64,000 nt of DNA from Macrostomum lignano (lineage: Eukaryota). Position numbers and translations under genes: made by a program. Shown here piece by piece: positions 41,378-53,014 of the stretch. Positions within the stretch are counted from its first letter, which is position 1, and each line of letters starts with the position of its first letter. Below the pieces are notes generated by a model, which was given only the letters and a program-made list of their open reading frames with translations, was not told the DNA's origin and searched no databases. The stretch lies in assembly GCA_002269645.1 (NCBI GenBank), contig NIVC01000019.1, positions 1,240,001 through 1,304,000 on the forward strand. Reading direction: 5' to 3'.

Positions 41378-44300
41378 CTACAACTCGTACAAGGCGTTGA
41401 CAAACCGAGCCAGGCTGTGAACAGAAGCAGGCTGTGCCAGGTATCTCTCGGCCAACCGATAGAAAGTGCGCGCGTCTCGATCTCGTGCCGTCACTAAAAA
41501 GTGCAAATCGGCGCCAGAAATCGATGGCGCCAGCGCCGACTCGGGCAGATCAGCTCGTTCAGTCAGCCAGCCAACGGTCTGCTCCCGCGTCCAGGCCCGG
41601 ACTCGAGAGGCACCATCGACAGAGCCTCCCTGACCGTTGATTGGCGGCAGTGCAGGGTAAGCGGATGGAAAATGATGCTCCCTGGACCCAGCGCTGACGG
41701 GCCGACTGGGACTGGGCTCGCCGGCTGGAACGGCTCGGTGAGGCTTTTCCAAGACCACCGCTTCCGGCTGCAGATATTTACAGTGTGGACTGAGTCTCTG
41801 TACTTTAGGAGCGTGCACCCACTCCCCATCGAAACTGAGTCTCTCAGCACCTTGGAGCGCCAATCAGCTTACCTGTTCTCCATTTTTCGCTTTTCGCAGC
41901 ACCTCCAGCAGCTCCGCCAGTTTCACCTCAAACGGGTACTTGCCGGAGAAGTCTCTGTACATGCCCATACCCAGCATGATGCCCAGCCATCCGCTAGGCC
42001 TGTACCGGTGCTCCATCAGCAGAGGAACAATCATCTTCTGCTTTTTGTAGGCGTACTCAGCCTCTAGGCGGCAATTGTTAGAATCCTTGTACGTGCGGCT
42101 CATGCACATGAGGAAAGCGAAGCAGCCCTCGACTGCCTCGGCCATGAGGCTCAGCGTGGAGCCGCCGTCGCTGCCCTGCATTCGCTCGTAGTCGATCCAC
42201 ACCTGCATATGTAAGATTTGTAGTGAGGTCACGAGTGAGACAATTAGTGAGGTCACGAGTGAGACAATTAGTGAGGTCACGAGTGAGACAATTAGTGAGG
42301 TCACGAGTGAGACAATTAGTGAGGTCACGAGTGAGACAATTAGTGAGGTCACGAGTGAGACAATTAGTGAGGTCACGAGTGAGACAATTAGTGAGGTCAC
42401 GAGTGAGACAATTAGTGAGGTCACGAGTGAGACAATTAGTGAGGTCACGAGTGAGACAATTAGTGAGGTCACGAGTGAGACAATTAGTGAGGTCACGAAT
42501 GAACCAACCAATGATGTCACGAATGAAACAACCAGTGATGTCACGAATGAAACAACCAGTGATGTCACGAATGAAACAACCAGTGATGTTACAAATGAAA
42601 CAACCAGTGATGTTACAAATGAAACAACCAGTGATGTTACAAATGAAACAACCAGTGATGTTACAAATGAAACAACCAGTGATGTTACAAATGAAACAAC
42701 CAGTGATGTTACAAATGAAACAACCAGTGATGTTACAAATGAAACAACCAGTGATGTTACAAATGAAACAACCAGTGATGTTACAAATGAAACAACCAGT
42801 GATGTTACAAATGAAACAACAAGTGATGTTACAAATGAAACAACCAGTGATGTTACAAATGAAACAACCAGTGAGGCCACGATTAAAACGCATGCTAAAA
42901 ACTATTTGTCTTGTAGAAAACTGCTGCATAAAAATTTACCAACCTGAAAGCCGTGCTGGCTCAGAGCATCTTTAATCCGCATTGCTAATTGCTTATTCTC
43001 GTGCTGATAGCTGATCATCACGTGACCAGTCTCCGACTCTTTGTTCTTCGGTCTTGGTTCTTGTTTTTTTCCTTTCAATAACTGTTTCTGCTGCTGCTGT
43101 TGCTGCGGCTTATCGTCCACCGCCCTGGCGCTGAGTCCAGAGACAAAGCCGCCCAGGTTCAAGTCGAGGCCCTGCATCGGTCGATAACTCCGCCACAGCC
43201 TCCGAGTATGCCGACTTGGCTGGTCGCTTGAGTACAGGCGCTGCAGGCTGTCCGAGAACTGCTGCTTGATGGCCTCGCGATTGTCTTCTCTGCGCAGGGG
43301 AGGGGGGTGGGGGATTTGCGCGCTTCTGCTCGTATCTGATGAGATCTCCACCCAAGCGTCAGATTTCAGTAGCTTGTGCCAACCAAGACAAGTAACGGAT
43401 ACCAGGAGACGTGGCAAAGGCTGGGGAAATTCCTTCAATCAGCAATTAATTCTACCCATTTCATGACTCCTCTGCACATGTACACAGGCACGCACTCATA
43501 CACACTCTCACACAGGGTGTGCGGCGGTCCTTTTGCTTTCGAATTATCATACATGTACATTCTCTGTGATATAGGGGGCTGTCTGGACCCTTTGGCGCAC
43601 TTTAAGCGACATTGTCACACAACGGGCGAGAGGCATTACTGCCCATTCCACCGACTGCGCTGAGCAGAGACACAAGCGCGCGGATACGTACGAGACTACG
43701 CAGTCATACGCAAAAGCGTGTACAAACCCTAACTGTATTTATCGTTAGGCATGTACACTTCACCGTGTCTTGGGGCTCCAGATTCCAACCGAGATTCCAA
43801 TTTAGCCCCAAATTAATGTGACTGCACTTGGAATCGAGTCTGGGCTGCTGGCACCGTAATAGCACCGAGCCGTTCTACTAGTCGACGGCCCCCTGAATTG
43901 CACAACAGCCTTCCAGTCAATTTTTGTGCACAAGCCCCTAATTAATGTAGCCTCGCACGGAATCGAATCAGTGGTCGCGTGGCGCGTCAGATGCGTTTTC
44001 CACAGAGCTGCTTCGCCCACCTGCATGTTTGGCGCCTCCACTTGCTGGCGCCCTCTCAACTGAAATGGTGCCGATCATCCTGGCTACTCCCCTGCCAAGA
44101 CACCAACCTGAAGCTGAGGGTGAACAGAATGTCCAACGCCGCGGCGATTTCATCCTCGGCCTCTCCGTCGAGCATCGTCTTTAGCACCGGCAGCAGGCCG
44201 AAGCCAACCAGCAGCTTCTTGTTGACTTCGTTCAAAGCCAACCGGTTGATGCACTGAGCCAGCTCGATGGCGTGGTAAGTCTGGTAGTCAGCGTCCAGCA

Positions 44301-45456
44301 GGCTGACGTAGCAGGTCCGATTGTCTGACTTTGTGGCCTCCTTGAGACTGTCCACCAGGAACTGCATCACCTCCGTGGCGCTCTCGTACAGCTCAGCCTG
44401 CGAGGATCCGAGTACAAATTGATTCAAATGATGATTGATGTTTGATGATTGAGAGGTTGCAAAATTACCAATGTAAAGTCCTCATTCGATTCGCTGGGGG
44501 GGGGGCTTTTAGATTTCTCATTTTTCTTTTAAAAACCGAGGTGAAGTTTTGAGACGTCCATACTTTCTATTTAAGAAAGGTCAGGCCACAGGAAGGCACC
44601 AGCATAGCAATAGAATCACGTGGAGCACATTTGACCTCACTTATGAGTTTTCTAAGAAATCGCTTTAAAACTGGCAGAATAAAAAGGAAATTACTCCTGA
44701 AGTAGAGCTCGATACATTGAAACCTCAACTATTTATCAATGTCTGTCTACTTACCTGGCTCTCGTCAAGCGCAAACGCAATGAGAAACAGTGCGAGGACC
44801 TTAATGTTGAGCACAGGACTGGACAGGTACGGCATCACCGGCTCAACCAACTCCAGCGCTGATAAGGTGTAGTAGATATCGGAATTATTCTTAAAAAACT
44901 GGTTCCCAACGAAGCCCAGCACGGAGTTGACCAGAAGGCGGCACTGCGAGACGCTGACGTGACGGCTGACCCAGCCAGCTAGCAGCGGGCTGGCGCAGTC
45001 CCGGTAAAGACACTCAACACGCGACAGGGCCAGGCAGAAGTCCTCGCTGGCGTCTGTGAAGTTGTGGAATATTTTCAATAAAGAGTTGAGCAACTCGAAC
45101 TGCTGGCCGAATGCGATTTTCTGCTCGTCCGATGACGCCACAAAGCAATCGTCAGCGTGGGCCTTGAAGATCTGCACGCAAAGTCGGCATATGTCCTCCA
45201 GCAGAGAGGCTTTCAGAGCAAAGCATCCGCCGAGCTCTCTATAGTACTTTTCAACCTGTTGCTCTGTGAAACTGCCGTCAGGATGGCTGCAGCTCATCAT
45301 GTACACCTGCTCAATATGTGGCAGAAGACAGCTGATGTCGTCCAGGCTTGTTACTGCTTTCAACTGGGATTGAAATTTTTGCAGAAGGTTTTCAATTTTA
45401 GATATGGCGGCGCTGATGAAGCCAGTATATTCATCTTGCTGGTGCATGCGCTTCAT
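41378..45456 (-). CDS. Helical/ARM-like repeat - TIR (TIR_2 type) - SAM-like protein, 5 exons, ~685 aa
   Basis: Exons 45456-44755, 44397-44108, 43289-42944, 42202-41873 and 41767-41378, in phase. TIR reads HVMISYQH...GFQ|VWID...MAEAVE...MCMSRTYKDSNNCRLEAEYA...IVPL...GWLGIMLG. SAM-like part reads VRAWTREQTVGWL...ISGADLHFL. Confidence 0.85.
42222..42875. repeat. 24-bp minisatellite filling the intron that splits the TIR domain
   Basis: GTGAGGTCACGAGTGAGACAATTA block, then GTGATGTTACAAATGAAACAACCA block. Confidence 0.97.
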
Positions 45457-46778
45457 TTTTAATTGTCTCTTTACTATATTAAATTCCTGTATCTATTCTG
45501 AAATGAATTGAAATGGGAAGCTTTTGCTTTGTGTTACTTTAATCAGTAAAATCATCTTTTATGGCAGCGAAAAACTGCACGGCAATTTAGCAAATTAAAT
45601 ATTATAATAGAAAAAATTATTTATTAATTTGCAAAAAATCAAATCAAAATGATAGGCAATAAATTCAACAGGTAATTTTTTAATATTTATTTATTTCATT
45701 TATTTGATAGTTTTTAGTATATAGGAATTCAGACATTAGACTCTTTAGACTTAAAGTCTAAATAATGGCTAAGATTTATTCAAAAATTCCATATCAGCTA
45801 GTGCTGTACGAGCATAAAAATTGAAACTGACTAACCCTAAGAGAATTACAAAATTGTTTCACTATTAGTATTACTATTGAAAAGGCTAGAAAAGGTATAC
45901 ATAGGATACTTTTACTACAAATATAGCATTTTAAACAGACTTTTAAAAGGTAATTTTTAGTACATGGAAGTTAATTAGCAGTAAGTGAAGAAAGTGTATA
46001 AAGCAAATACTATATAACAGGATATTATCAATTATAAAGCATTAAAAATCGAGCTCCCTTGTTTTGAAAGGACGAAAATATTAATTTGTGTTTGGCCTAT
46101 AAAACTATTCCATATAGAGTAAACTAATAAAATGAAGGAATCCATTACACATATGGTCAGTGGCGCGACTAAGAAGGCTTTGGTCTTACCTGAAAGCTGC
46201 TATTTAACATTTAATAATACGAATAAGCGAGTCTCGAGAATATTATCGTATAAGTTATTTTCCTTATACTCTTTTTGGAGGCCCAATGAAGACCTTAGGA
46301 AAAAGCTCAGGAAAAGCCCATGTATCGATAAAAGGATGGCGTGATGAGCCGGATGACAGACCGTCCGACCGTGGTTGTGGATTGTATTTGTGTGTAACGT
46401 CGTCGTCGACGACTCGGCCGGTAAAAATCTTACATTGAAATTTAATTCAAATTGGCGATTTCGTATGTTTCTACTGCAAATAAACTTACTATAAAAATAT
46501 TTCGTTTGTAAAAATGGGCTGTGTTTTTACTCAAACTACTGACCTTTTGTCCCTTATGATAGTTATAGAGCCGAAAAATCTGTAATAATTATTTTACTTT
46601 GTTTATATACACTGTTAAGAACTATAAAAATTAGCTTCAAACCGAATAAGGCGTAAATCGTCTAAACTCTAAACAGTAATTAGTAATTAGTCTAAACTGA
46701 TCTCGAATCATTAAATAGCTGTGGCAGAAAATGACTGAATATCGATATCCTATAGCAGTCGGAACTATTTCAACCAAA

Positions 46779-46859
46779 GGGGTCAGCAGCCCGTGGTCAA
46801 GGTAGCAGCCTCTCCGCGACGACCCGGACCTATCGCTTCGATGGGATACGAATGCTACC
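46779..46859 (+). ncRNA. HDV-like self-cleaving ribozyme at the LINE 5' end
   Basis: P1 GGGUC/GACCC; P2 GGUAGCA/UGCUACC (7 bp); P3 GCC/GAC (1 mismatch); L3 UCUCCGC; GG for P1.1; P4 CCUAUC/GAUGGG; J4/2 C(46849)GAA. Confidence 0.8.
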
Positions 46860-46956
46860 CGTACAGGCCCCCACACCGGTCTCAGATCTCGGACCCGGCC
46901 CATCAGTGGTGGTCGTGGAGTGCCTATCTCTCCAACCCCAGCCAGTGCCTGCCATC

Positions 46957-47016
46957 GTCAACCTCTGCTGCTGGCTTCTCAGCCGCTCCGGGGACATCGA
47001 GAGTAACCCCGTCGCC
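46957..47016 (+). other. 2A-like (StopGo) peptide, degenerate
   Basis: NLCCWLLSRSGDIESNPVA against the consensus LL..GD(V/I)ExNPGP. In frame with the ATG at 46852 and with the EN. Confidence 0.7.
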
Positions 47017-50000
47017 GCCGCCCGCTGCGACCACTGCACGCGGGCGTTGCGCTCCGGAGCCCCCGGACTGAGTTGCGCCGCCCCTCACTGCAACCACCGC
47101 TGTCATCGTCAACCCTCCTGCAGCGGAATTCGCCGGGCTCGTCGCCTGCCACCTGGTTCAGTCACCTCCACCGGAGCACCGACAACCTCCCCCCCCGGCC
47201 GAATCATCCGGGAGCTGCCAGTGCCCTTCCTGCTTCTTCTGTGGTGCCTTCTTCGCAGGGGGCCCGTCACCTCCACTGCGCGCTGTTGCTGGCTGCAGCG
47301 CGGCCTGCCATTGCGCTTGCAGCGGCGGGTCCTCGATCGCGGTATCGGCGCGACGTCTACTGGCTCTGCCCTCCTCACAAGCCTACAACTGCGACCCGGA
47401 CTCCCTTCACTGACCGTCCGCGGCCCGTCCGCGGCCCGTCCCGTCGGCCGCGTCATCCGGACCTCCCACCAACTGCTGTCTCTGCCACAAACGCATCCGA
47501 TCCAACACCGCGCCCCTCCGCTGCGCACCGCCCACAAAGCTTGCGCCGGACTCCACCGGGCCAAAACCAACGACCTCGCGGCTCAGAATTGGCACTGCAA
47601 AACCTGCTCGGCTCTCACGGACCCTCCTGCGGCGGGCCCGGAGCTTCCAGCCGACCCGCTGCCCAACAGCCCCGTCGGGCAACTCCGCATCCTTCAATGG
47701 AACGCGGACGGCATCCGGACCAAGGTCTCCGAACTTGGTGCAGTGTTGGCCAACCTGGACATCGACGTTGCCGTCATCCAAGAAACTAAACTTCGGCCCC
47801 AGGACAACTTCAAACAGCCGCAAGGCTTCGCCGCCGTTCGCCTGGACCGCACCGATGGGCGGGCCAACAGGGGCCTTCTCACGCTCATAAACCACCGGAT
47901 ACCTTTTTCGCCATCCTCGCCCGGCGGCGCCAGCAACGCCCCGGAAATCCAGTTGGTCGTTGTTCACACTGGTGGCCGCAGCGGGCTTCTCATTGTCAAC
48001 CTCTACGCCCCGCCGACCAGGGACCACGGAGAGGAGACCGCCGTCGACGAGCCAGCCACCCCCTGGCGGCTGCTTCCTGCTGGCGAACGGACGCTGATCT
48101 GTGGCGACTTCAACGCCCACTCCCCTCTGTGGGACCCTGTGCAGCCTCCCGACGCCCGGGGCGAAGCGCTCGAAGAGTGGCTCCTGCAAAACAACATGAC
48201 CATCTGCAACGAGGTTGCGGCGACCCACGTCGATCGCAACAGCGGCGGGCTCAGCTCCCCGGATGTGACCATTGCTCACCCCCGGCTGGCCAATTGCGCC
48301 GACTGGTCGGTCGGGGAGGACCTTGACAGCGATCATCCTGGTCCAGCTGCAACTGTCTGGCCGCCCGCCTGACGTGGCCCCCCTCAACCGCCTTCGCTGG
48401 CGAGCCATGGATGCGGATTGGACGGCCTTCGCTACTGCGCTGGATGAGTCTCTAACCACGGAGTTGCCCGAGGTCTCCCTTCACGTCAAAGTCGTCCACC
48501 TTCAACCCGCCATCACGTCGACGGCATCCGAGCGCATCGGAAAGTCCTTCAACCAACGCAACAATTAGCCGTGGATGAACCCGGAGCTGGGTGCTGCCAT
48601 CAAGCTCCGCAACGGCCTTCGCAACGCTGGCTCTTCCAAGCGCGCGGCGCGGAGTGGGTTGCCGCTTGCCAGGAAACTAGCCGTCTCTCCCGGGAAGCCA
48701 AAGAGCAGTTCTGGGCCGACTTCCTCGACGAACTCGAAGCGAGCCTCGACCTTCAGAAGACCTGGAGGGTCATCCGCTCTCTGAACAGCAACAACGGCAC
48801 TGCTGCCCCCAACGCCGCCCTCTCCGTCAACGGTAAACCGGTGGTAAAAAACGCGGCCAAATCCAACAATTTTATGCAGCATTACAGTGCAATCAACCGG
48901 CTGTCCTTCTCTGCCGCCGACCGCCATATCAACCGCCAAGCCCGCAAACTCCTCGGCAGGGCCGTCGCGACTGCCCCTCCGGAGCCCCCATCTCCGAGGC
49001 AGAGCTGGAGTCGGCGATCACCCGGCTCCGCGGCCGTGGACCGCCGGCCCTCACGACATTCCGCCGAGCTTCATCAAGGCACTGGGTCCCCGCGCCCGGG
49101 CTAACCTGCTGGACGTCTTCAACAAGTCCCTGACGACTGGTGTGGTCCCGGCCGCGTGGAGGAAGGCCATCATCATCCCCCCTGCTTCAACAGGGCAAAT
49201 CTGCCATCCGCATTGACAGCTTCCGACCTGTCAGCCTGACGTCCTGCATCGTCAAGACGTTGGAGCGCATTATTTCTTACGGCACTATGACCTGGCGACC
49301 TCGCCGGGGCCCGCGGCTGGATCAGCTGCTGGCAGTTCGGCTTCCGGCGCATGCGCTCCTGCGAGGACGCCATTCTCGAACTAACCCAGGCGATCAGCGA
49401 TGGCTTTCAATCCAAGCCACACATCCGGACGCTGCTGGCTCTCTTGGACTGCAGCAGAGCCTACGACAGGGTGTGGCGGCAGATGCTCATCCTGATCATG
49501 CTTCAGCTCGGCGCTCCGCCCCTACTGACACGGTGGTGCTTTGCTTTCCTGAACGACCGCTGGGCGTCAACCTGCATCAACGGTGCCCTGAGCCACCCGC
49601 GGCCGCTTCGCCAAGGCTCGGTGCTTGTGCCCTTCTTTTTTCCGCTGTTCATTGATGGCGTGGTTAGGGTGTGCCCGCTCGGAGTCGCCCCGTCTCTCTA
49701 TGCCGACGACCTACATGTAGCTATCCGCATCCAGAACAGCTCCGTGGTGGCGGCAACCAGCTCCCTCCAGGAGGGCCTCGACGCGGTGGCCAGCTGGAGT
49801 CGCCAAATGAAGCTGACTCCGAATCCCTCGAAGAGAGTCGTCGCACTGTTTACGAACTACACTAGCGAAGCCGGCCTTCAGCCCCAGATTCTGCTCGAGG
49901 GCACGCCCGTCGCCGTGGATCCCAACCCACGCTTCCTCGGCGTAATCCTCGACAGGACGCTGAGCTTCGGTCCCCACTTCCGCGATGTCATTACCAAGGC

Positions 50001-50101
50001 CCGTACCCGCTGCAACGTTTTGGCCGCCTTGGCTAATCAGGACTGGGGCTCCGGACTGTCTTCAATGCGCTCATCAGATCAGTGCTGGACTACGCCGCGC
50101 C

Positions 50102-50202
50102 TAGTTCGGGGTTCGGGGTCGAGTCGGGTTTTGGGTCTGGTTTTGGCACCGGGTTTGGGGTTCGGGATAGGCGTTCGGGTCGGGTTCGGGGTTCGGGGTT
50201 AG
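50102..50202 (+). repeat. G-rich degenerate (GGGTT[C/A]G)-type simple repeat
   Basis: TTCGGGGTTCGGGGTCGAGTCGGG...GGGGTTCGGGGTTAG, starting exactly at the LINE break. Confidence 0.8.
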
Positions 50203-50649
50203 AGTTTTATTTGGCGCGAATTGCCGTCTCACCAATGAGTCGGGCTCACCAATGAGGCGGAAGGCCTTTTTGTTTCAATAGATGGAATGACAGCGAAGAG
50301 TTTTGTGCTGCATTGCGTGTATATTTATATGTACACAGACTGCGCGAGATTGAGGGGCCTAGGGAGGTGCGAAAAGGTGGCGTGGCGTGATAGGCTACGC
50401 CGACCCCCCCGGCTTAGCGAGCCGGCTAGCATGGCGCGCACCCACCCCACCTCAGCTAGACAGAGGTTTGGGGGCGTTTCCAGTGCGGCTGCACTGGTGC
50501 TGCCAGTCGCGTACAGTCTGGCCGCCACACGTCAATATATAAAGGCGATATCGCCCGGGAGAGACGATCAATAAATGGGTGTGCTCAAGCACTTAAAACA
50601 GTACGCATGGTCAGTAAATTAAAACGAGTCTGAGACTATGAGAAAAGTG

Positions 50650-51410
50650 GGGGTGGCTAAAACTGTACAAGTGGGCCTAAACGACCTTTAAATGTAAGAT
50701 ACAAATTGTAAAAATAAATGGCAAAATAAATAGACAAGGTAAATAAAAAATTATTAAATGCTCAGAGCAAAAAATGCAGGTGCACCGTACACTGTGTCAG
50801 AAAAATGAATAAAACGGCAGAGAATAAATAATCAAAATAAATCAAAATAAAGCCAATGAAAAAAATCACAGAGGGGGGAAAAACTGTAAAAGAGCCTTTG
50901 TAAAGGCGTCAAAAAAGACCTAGTTGGCAGGATCGAGCCGACTATGACAGAGCAGGGTCCGGAGGCTTCTCCCCTTGGTGTAGGCGGGCAGCACCGGGGT
51001 CTCGCAGTGGCGTATCACCCTGTCCTTCACCTTGGCAGCCAGGGCGTCGGAGGTCGCACAGTGGGGCAGGATCAGCGGGATGGCCGGTTTGTGCAGTACG
51101 CCGGCAAGTTCGTTGGCGCCGTGTGGAACATGAGTCCTCAGGACCTCGATAAACTTGGCCTCCTGGCGCTGACGCCGTTCGTCAGCTCTGGGTCCTGTGC
51201 CATCGCGTGTCCAGATGCCGGTGAAGGTGAAGTCCGTCAGACTGTGGCCACCGCTGATGAAGTGGCGCGCAACCGGAGTGTCGTGAGTGTGCCGGATGTC
51301 GCCGATGTGCGCCAGCATGCGACCGCGGATGCTGTTGGCGGTCTCGCCGACGTAGACCGTGTGGTCGCACCGGCGACAGAACACGGCATCCGCGTGTTCT
51401 TTATATAGGA
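50650..51410 (-). mobile_element. Penelope-like element fragment (GIY-YIG endonuclease C-terminus plus AT-rich 3' region)
   Basis: FCRRCDHTVYVGET...R...H...PVARHF...GH...GI...E.KFIEVLRTHVPHGAN; 5'-truncated. Confidence 0.85.
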
Positions 51411-51763
51411 TAAAAATATTGATAAAAATTTACGAGTATAAGATAAATTAACCATAGACTACAAGACCCGGGACATAAAGGGGTTATGTATTTATAGTAT
51501 ATTTTAGTATAAGTAGATTACAATTTCAATATGGTAAAAAAGCTTGAAGTTTGTTTTGCAGAGGAACACAGCTCGTAAGTGTCCCAGAGAGCACAGCTCC
51601 GAGGCTATGTCTATGGTAATGCGGAAATGCCCGCCTGGCTGAGCTGATAAGCGATTGGCTTCTTTGATGAAGTCTTGCGTTTATCTGATATTGCCGCCGC
51701 TTAAGCCGTTCTTGTCTAATAATACGAACTGAGACAAAGCTTTGAATTCAACGCACACCGGAG

Positions 51764-52256
51764 ATGAAGTTCGTTTCGTCAGTCATGTTGATTTGCTTCT
51801 GCAGTGCGATGATCTGCTCCGTCGAAGGGTGTCCAAAAAGTGAGCAACCGGGATATTTATCTAACCTGATCTATCTTACTTTTTTTCTGTATTGATTTGC
51901 ACCTAAGCCGTTCCCATCCAACTCATTTTTCAGAGATTAAAACATTCTTCGCCGGCCCAGATAAAGTCGAAATAAAAGTAGAGTACAAGGGCTGCTTTCC
52001 TGGCAAGGCGCACCACACTGCCATGGAGTACCCGAACATTCGCATAGCACTCTGCAACGATCACTGCTATCCCACTGGCAGCAAGTACATGGGCCTCATC
52101 GGAAACAAGTGCTTCTGCGAGTCGTTCCTGGAGAATAGCGAGAAGAAGGACGACAACGAGTGCAGCGTACCGTGTCCCGGCGACGAGAAGGAGAAGTGCG
52201 GCGACGAGAAGGCGGAGCGATGGAGCGCCTACACTACTGGGCCCAAGTATCCTTAA
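51764..52256 (+). CDS. Secreted single-WSC-domain protein, copy A (132 aa)
   Basis: Exon 1 (51764-51839) is a signal peptide, MKFVSSVMLICFCSAMICSVEGCPK. Phase-1 intron. Exon 2 (51934-52256) has the 8-Cys WSC pattern YKGCF...C...C...YMGL.G.KCFC...C..PC.G...EKCG...AY. Confidence 0.88.
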
Positions 52257-53014
52257 AATGCTTCTCATTTGGGAGAATTCCCCATGAAGACAAACTCATT
52301 GATGATGACCAAGTACAATCAGCTTTTTGTAAGCAGTGCCTATAAATCTTTGTTGCTATGTAGCATACGAAAATTTCTTTCAACGGCCGAAGAGGCAGAT
52401 TTTTGCTTCTTTATCGACTCCGGTACGCATTAGCTGATATTCTGTTAAACAGAATCTGTGACTCAGTTAAACGAAGTTTTTCAGTAAACCGCTTTAGTAC
52501 GAGTACGAGTATCGTAATAGAAAATATAATAAAAAATTCGCGGCGAAACAAAAGTAATTCTCTGCATTGCATGACTTCTTTTTAATTTCTTTCAGTTTAA
52601 GTACATTGTAAGGAGTGCAGTGCATTACTACATGTACATGTGCATGTACCTGCATCAATCTGCTCAGAAATTACATGAATTTCATGGCAATTTGGGGACT
52701 TTTAATTTTAACATGATTTAAAGTCACCTCGACTTCACTTGGATCTGTCTCATTGATGAAGCTGCAGAGGAAGCTGCATATTGGGAAAGCGAGTAAATTT
52801 CGGTAATGGAGTGTCGGCAATCCTTCAATTTCGGCTTCAAAGGACCGGACAGATAATCCAGCTGATCAGCTCATGATCAGGGAAGCCGTCCTTCCTTAAG
52901 GCTGCGAAGCAGTGCTATCAGAACAGTATTTACAATTTACATATATCATTCACATGTGTAATGTTGTTACATTGTTGGATTAGACATTTATCCATTCCAA
53001 TTGAAGTAAAAGCT

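Larger units (their letters stand above)
46779..50101 (+). mobile_element. Ingi-like APE-type non-LTR retrotransposon, 5' part (ribozyme, 2A-like, PHD-like, EN, RT), frameshifted
   Basis: PHD-like CDHC...HKAC...WHCKTC; EN reads LRILQWNADG...IQETKL...ICGDFNAH...SSPDVT...DSDH; RT reads FRPVSLTS, LLDCSRAYDRV, QGSVL, LYADD, PRFLGVILD. Ends at LDYAAP. Confidence 0.93.

Noticed and set aside
41850-41872. ORF 41378-41863 starting at TTG, or a 22-nt intron
   Set aside because: The intron is too short; the acceptor at 41768 gives a ~105-nt in-phase intron.
50580-51500. Hammerhead ribozyme or selenocysteine recoding in the Penelope fragment
   Set aside because: No CUGANGA...GAAA core was found by eye, and there is no in-frame TGA in the retained ORF.
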